Part shown: piece after piece, positions 7,144 through 10,492 of the stretch
How the letters are laid out: each line of letters begins with the position of its first letter
How positions within the stretch are numbered: position 1 is the first letter of the stretch
Source of the DNA: Archangium sp.
Lineage (GTDB): Bacteria > Myxococcota > Myxococcia > Myxococcales > Myxococcaceae
Assembly (NCBI GenBank): GCA_031367385.1
Contig: JANLPS010000230.1
Location: 1 to 10,492, forward strand
Length of the DNA stretch: 10,492 bases
Reading direction: 5' to 3'
Position numbers and translations under genes: made by a program
The notes under the pieces: model-generated
Told to the model about the DNA's origin: nothing
Database searches by the model: none
What the model saw: only the letters and a program-made list of their open reading frames with translations

Positions 7144-8471
7144 CGCTCTTCGAACCCCGCACCTTGCAGGGCTGTTCTGATTCGGTTTTCACGCGCCGGG
7201 TCGTCGACGTCGACCACGTACAAGGTGCGGTCCATGCCCGGGCGGTGAATCGAATCGTCGACGCAGGGGCTCTCCGGCTCGGGGCAGGCGACCCAGGGCA
7301 GGTCTTTGCCCAGGTAGAATGAGCCGCCCGAGCCCCAGGGTCCTTCGTTGATCAGCAGCAGACCCGACCCGGTTCGACCGGCGGCGATGGTGGCGCGAAA
7401 GAGGTCTGAGCGCTCGACGTCGTATGGCGTCTTGACCAGATACAGCAGCAGGCTCGAGGCCAGTGCGCCTGCGGCGATCAGTCGATGCGTCATGGCGAAC
7501 CGTACGAAGGCCGGAGCGACCGCCACCAGCATCAGCGTCAAGGCCGGGTAGAGAAAGCGCAGCTCTTTATGCTCGGTCACGCTGATCGCCAGCAGGTAGG
7601 TGAGCGACGCGCTCGCGAAGAGCCAGGAGCGCAGCGAGCGGTCTCTCCGCCACGCCCAGAGTCCCACCGCGAGAATGCCGAGCGGCCCGACCCAGGCGTG
7701 CGTGAGGTACCAGTGCGGGGGCAGGCGACCGAATGATGAGGCGCCTCCGGTGAGCAGGTTGAAGTGCACGTACTCGCGCAGTGAATGAAACCAGTGGCCC
7801 CAGGTGAGGCGGTCGAGCAGGCCGAGTTCGAGTGCGACGATTCCACCACCGAGAATCGTGGCTCGCAGGGCGACGAAGCGCCCGCGTGCAGCGAGAAAGA
7901 TGAGCACGGGCAAGATGACGGCGGCTGAGCCGTAGCGGGTGACCTCGGCGAAGCCCAGGAGCGTGCCTGCTCCGAGGGCTCCCCAGGCGTCGACTGTATC
8001 GTCGTCGAGTCGCTCGAGCGCGCAGACGAGCAGCGCGGTTGAGATTGATTCGCTCATCGTACGACCGGCGAACCAGACCCAGGGGCCCCAGGCGAGCAGG
8101 AGCACGATGGCCCACTTCGCGGTCGTTGCGCCGATGCGTCGCGCTGCGAAGCGATGGGCGGCCGCGAGCATCGCCAGGTTCAAGGCGAACTGCGGCAGCT
8201 CGAGCAGGGCCCTTCGCGCCCACGGGTCGTCGAGGCCGACCAGGTGCCCCAGGCGGAGGAAGAGCGAAAACACGTCTGGTATGAACCAGTTGCGCAGGCC
8301 GACCCGCCACTCCCAGGCTTGGGTGCCGTAGCCGAAGGCTTGGCGGAGCGCGGGCTCGAGCGATTGAAAGACTTCGTCGGGGTGCAAGCGGCCGAGGCGT
8401 GCGACGGCGTCGATGGAGGGCACGAGGGCCACGGCGATCAGCAACAGCCATGGCTTTCGGGGGGCGCCCAT
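7065..8471 (-). CDS. GT-C fold membrane glycosyltransferase, PIG-B/Alg9-like mannosyltransferase (GT22-like), about 468 aa
   Basis: First loop HPDEVFQSLEPA...FGYG..AWEW..GLR and late HKELRFLYP motif are typical of PIG-B/GPI10. Many TM helices. ATG 8471 (MGAPRKPWLLL) is preferred over GTG 8588. The 3' end overlaps the convergent peptidase by 79 nt. Confidence 0.85.
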   Translation of the reverse strand: MGAPRKPWLLLIAVALVPSIDAVARLGRLHPDEVFQSLEPALRQAFGYGTQAWEWRVGLRNWFIPDVFSLFLRLGHLVGLDDPWARRALLELPQFALNLAMLAAAHRFAARRIGATTAKWAIVLLLAWGPWVWFAGRTMSESISTALLVCALERLDDDTVDAWGALGAGTLLGFAEVTRYGSAAVILPVLIFLAARGRFVALRATILGGGIVALELGLLDRLTWGHWFHSLREYVHFNLLTGGASSFGRLPPHWYLTHAWVGPLGILAVGLWAWRRDRSLRSWLFASASLTYLLAISVTEHKELRFLYPALTLMLVAVAPAFVRFAMTHRLIAAGALASSLLLYLVKTPYDVERSDLFRATIAAGRTGSGLLLINEGPWGSGGSFYLGKDLPWVACPEPESPCVDDSIHRPGMDRTLYVVDVDDPARENRIRTALQGAGFEERQRVGDIAVFERASGFETTIKPFKQR

Positions 8472-8474
8472 CTC

Positions 8475-8843
8475 GCGACGGCGTATAGCTCGGGTCGCGG
8501 CTCGTTGCTTTGAGGTGGGCGTCGGGGCTTGGTCGACTTCGCGTTGCCGACGAAGACGAGCTCCTTGGGCGCGAACGCCAGTCACCAAGGTGACGAGGTG
8601 TCGCCTGGGCGCGGGGTGTTTTTAGATGGACAACTGCGTTGCCTATTTCGCTGAGCGCCGATTCACGAAACGCAGTTGTCATTTCAAAATCATCGCGCCA
8701 GGAACACACCCCATCAGGGCATTCCCGCGCGCTCGCACCCTGGAGCTGGCTGCTTTCTGCACAGGCGCTCGAACACCAGCGGCTCCGCCCTCATCAAAGC
8801 GCTTCGTCGCTTGGCCCTCGAAAACCTTGCTAGACGACGCCGC
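8475..8843. repeat. Long imperfect inverted repeat filling the divergent glycosyltransferase-ggt spacer (candidate rod-like RNA or fold-back element)
   Basis: Collinear paired blocks: 8629-8640/8669-8680 (12/12), 8604-8613/8694-8702 (1-nt bulge), 8591-8601/8706-8716 (9/11), 8567-8578/8729-8740 (10/12), 8559-8564/8742-8747 (6/6), 8507-8521/8786-8800 (13/15) and 8475-8489/8829-8843 (12/15). Confidence 0.85.
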
Positions 8844-10492
8844 ATGATTCGACGCGCACTGCTCTCTCTGCTGATCGCCGGAGCCGCCTTCGCCGCCAGG
8901 CCCTACCGCGGAGGCGCCGTCGCCGCCCAACACGCCCTGGCCAGCGCCGCCGGCAAAGAAATGCTCGATGCCGGAGGCAACGCCATCGACGCCGTCGTCG
9001 CCACCGCGTTCACCCTGGCCGTGGTCGGCCCGTACCACTCCGGTCTGGGAGGCGGCGGGTTCGCCGTCATTCACCTCGTCAAAGACAACCAAGATCTCGC
9101 CTTCGATTTTCGCGAGGTCGCCCCGGCCAAGGCCTCCCGCGACATGTACGTGCGCGATGGCGTCGTCGCGACCGAGCTCGCCACCGATGGAGCCACCGCC
9201 GTCGCCGTGCCGGGCGCCGTGAAGGGCTACCTCGAGCTCCACGCGAAGTACGGCAAGTTGCCGCGGGCCAAGGTGCTCGCTCCGGCAATTCGCGCCGCGA
9301 AAGAGGGCTTCTTCGTCACCCCGAAGTACCGCGACATGGCCGCGGGGCGAGTCGACTGCCTGCGCAAAGACCCCGAAGCCGCACGCATTTTTCTGCGACC
9401 GGGGCTCGACGGAGTGCCCTCTGCCCCCGACGTCGGCGTGAAGTTGGTGCAGAGCGACCTGGCCAAGACGCTCGAGACCTTGGCGAAGTCGGGCGACGCG
9501 TCGTTTTATTCAGGCGCGATGGCCAAGCAGCTCGTCGACTCCGTGCAGAAGGGCGGCGGCGTGCTCGAGCTGAGTGACCTCAAGGCCTTCAAGACGCGTT
9601 GGCGCACGCCGCTCACCGGCAGCTATCGAGGTCAGCGGGTGGTGACGATGCCGCCTCCGAGCGCGGGAGGCATCGCGCTGCTGCAGGTGCTCGGCATGAT
9701 CGAAGCACACGGCCCCAAGGGCCCCGCCAGCCGCGAGGTCGATGCCCTGCACTACACGGTCGAGGCCTTGCGACGGGCCTATGTCGACCGCGCCAAGTAT
9801 CTGGGCGACCCCGCGTTCAACCAAATTCCTCTCGAGAAAATGACTTCGCAGAGCTCGCTCAACGAGCTGCTGGCGAGCATCGACCCGAAGCGCGCGACCA
9901 AATCGGTGACGTTGATGCCCGAGGCGTTGAAGAAGCCCGCGGCCGATGCGGGCGCTCCGGCCGCGCCGAAAAATACGTCGCACATCTCGGTCATCGATCG
10001 CGAAGGCAACGCGGTGGCCTTGACGACGACCGTGAACACCTCGTTCGGCAGTTGCCTGGTCGCGAAGGGCACCGGCGTGATGCTCAACAACCAGATGGAC
10101 GACTTCGCCTCGCAGCCTGGTGTGCCGAACACGTACGGCCTGGTTCAGGGAGAGGCGAACTCGATCGCGCCGGGCAAAATACCGCTCTCGTCGATGACGC
10201 CGACGCTGGTGTTTCAGAAAGAGAAACCGAACGAAGTGATGTTGGCGGTGGGCTCGCCAGGTGGCTCGACGATACCGACCACCGTGCTGCAGGTGATCTC
10301 GAACGTCATCGATGGGCACCTCGACATCGTGCGCGCGGTCGGAGCAGGTCGCATTCACCACCAGTGGCTGCCCGATGAGGTGCTGATCGACAAGAACGGC
10401 CTCGAGCCGGCCACCGCCGCCGCGCTCGAGGCGATGGGGCACACCTTGAAGCGGCTCGAGGGGTGGGGCGATGCCGAGGCGGTGATGGTCGA
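8844..10492 (+). CDS. ggt: Gamma-glutamyltransferase precursor (Ntn hydrolase), 3'-truncated by the window edge
   Basis: Translated by hand from ATG 8844: signal peptide MIRRALLSLLIAGAAFA, GGNAIDA, SGLGGGGF, DFRE.AP, VPGAVKG, PPPSAGG, autoprocessing Thr in N-TSHISVID (ACG 9975-9977), LNNQMDDF, PLSSMTP and GSPGGSTI. Absent from the ORF track, presumably because it has no stop inside the window. Confidence 0.96.
   Translation, partial: MIRRALLSLLIAGAAFAARPYRGGAVAAQHALASAAGKEMLDAGGNAIDAVVATAFTLAVVGPYHSGLGGGGFAVIHLVKDNQDLAFDFREVAPAKASRDMYVRDGVVATELATDGATAVAVPGAVKGYLELHAKYGKLPRAKVLAPAIRAAKEGFFVTPKYRDMAAGRVDCLRKDPEAARIFLRPGLDGVPSAPDVGVKLVQSDLAKTLETLAKSGDASFYSGAMAKQLVDSVQKGGGVLELSDLKAFKTRWRTPLTGSYRGQRVVTMPPPSAGGIALLQVLGMIEAHGPKGPASREVDALHYTVEALRRAYVDRAKYLGDPAFNQIPLEKMTSQSSLNELLASIDPKRATKSVTLMPEALKKPAADAGAPAAPKNTSHISVIDREGNAVALTTTVNTSFGSCLVAKGTGVMLNNQMDDFASQPGVPNTYGLVQGEANSIAPGKIPLSSMTPTLVFQKEKPNEVMLAVGSPGGSTIPTTVLQVISNVIDGHLDIVRAVGAGRIHHQWLPDEVLIDKNGLEPATAAALEAMGHTLKRLEGWGDAEAVMV

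Noticed and set aside
8472..8588. 39-aa N-terminal extension of the glycosyltransferase from GTG 8588
   Set aside because: Arg-rich and low-information, and it lies in the palindrome arm. ATG 8471 directly precedes the first TM helix and has a candidate -10 box.
8628..8681. Integron attC site (AAC...GTT hairpin)
   Set aside because: The ends GGACAAC/GTTGTCA do not fit RYYYAAC/GTTRRRY. The flanking genes are divergent, and there is no cassette array or integrase.
8507..8800. Retron msr-msd, SRP RNA, or an invertible promoter switch
   Set aside because: No reverse transcriptase or recombinase is in the window. The SRP domain IV motif (CAGG...GNRA...AGCAG) is not matched. Symmetry runs along the entire arms rather than being confined to short terminal sites.
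8626..8847. 73-aa ORF whose TGA overlaps the ggt ATG (ATGA)
   Set aside because: AT-rich third positions unlike neighbouring genes, no SD, no motif, and it lies in the palindrome arm. Probably chance, though a uORF cannot be fully excluded.
373..10442. Other long track ORFs (for example 3294-4334, 4558-5421, 5875-7053, 7567-8709, 8679-9242, 9510-10442, 9599-10378)
   Set aside because: Alternative-frame or antisense shadows of well-supported genes, Arg/Pro/Ala-rich and without motifs.

Overview
GC-rich bacterial chromosomal window, most likely Myxococcota. The assignment is inferred from a MYXO-CTERM-type small protein, a Ser/Thr kinase-PEGA-TonB_C fusion and a ferritin-like gene. Nine densely packed CDSs, in order: a 5'-truncated hypothetical (+), a ferritin-like diiron protein (-), a membrane kinase with a periplasmic TonB_C-like domain (-), a DMT/EamA transporter (+), a long-form aromatic amino acid hydroxylase (-), a small Cys-rich MYXO-CTERM-type protein (+), a C39-like cysteine peptidase (+), a PIG-B/Alg9-like GT-C mannosyltransferase (-) and a gamma-glutamyltransferase that runs off the right edge (+, missing from the ORF track). 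No mobile element, CRISPR array, tRNA or rRNA was recognised. The most striking unexplained signal is non-coding. The 372-nt spacer between the glycosyltransferase and ggt is almost entirely one long imperfect palindrome (axis near 8654), with mismatches that favour G.U pairs on the minus strand. Weaker fold-backs occur at other gene junctions. A compact four-way-junction fold also covers the peptidase start codon. All structures were found by eye, not by folding software.
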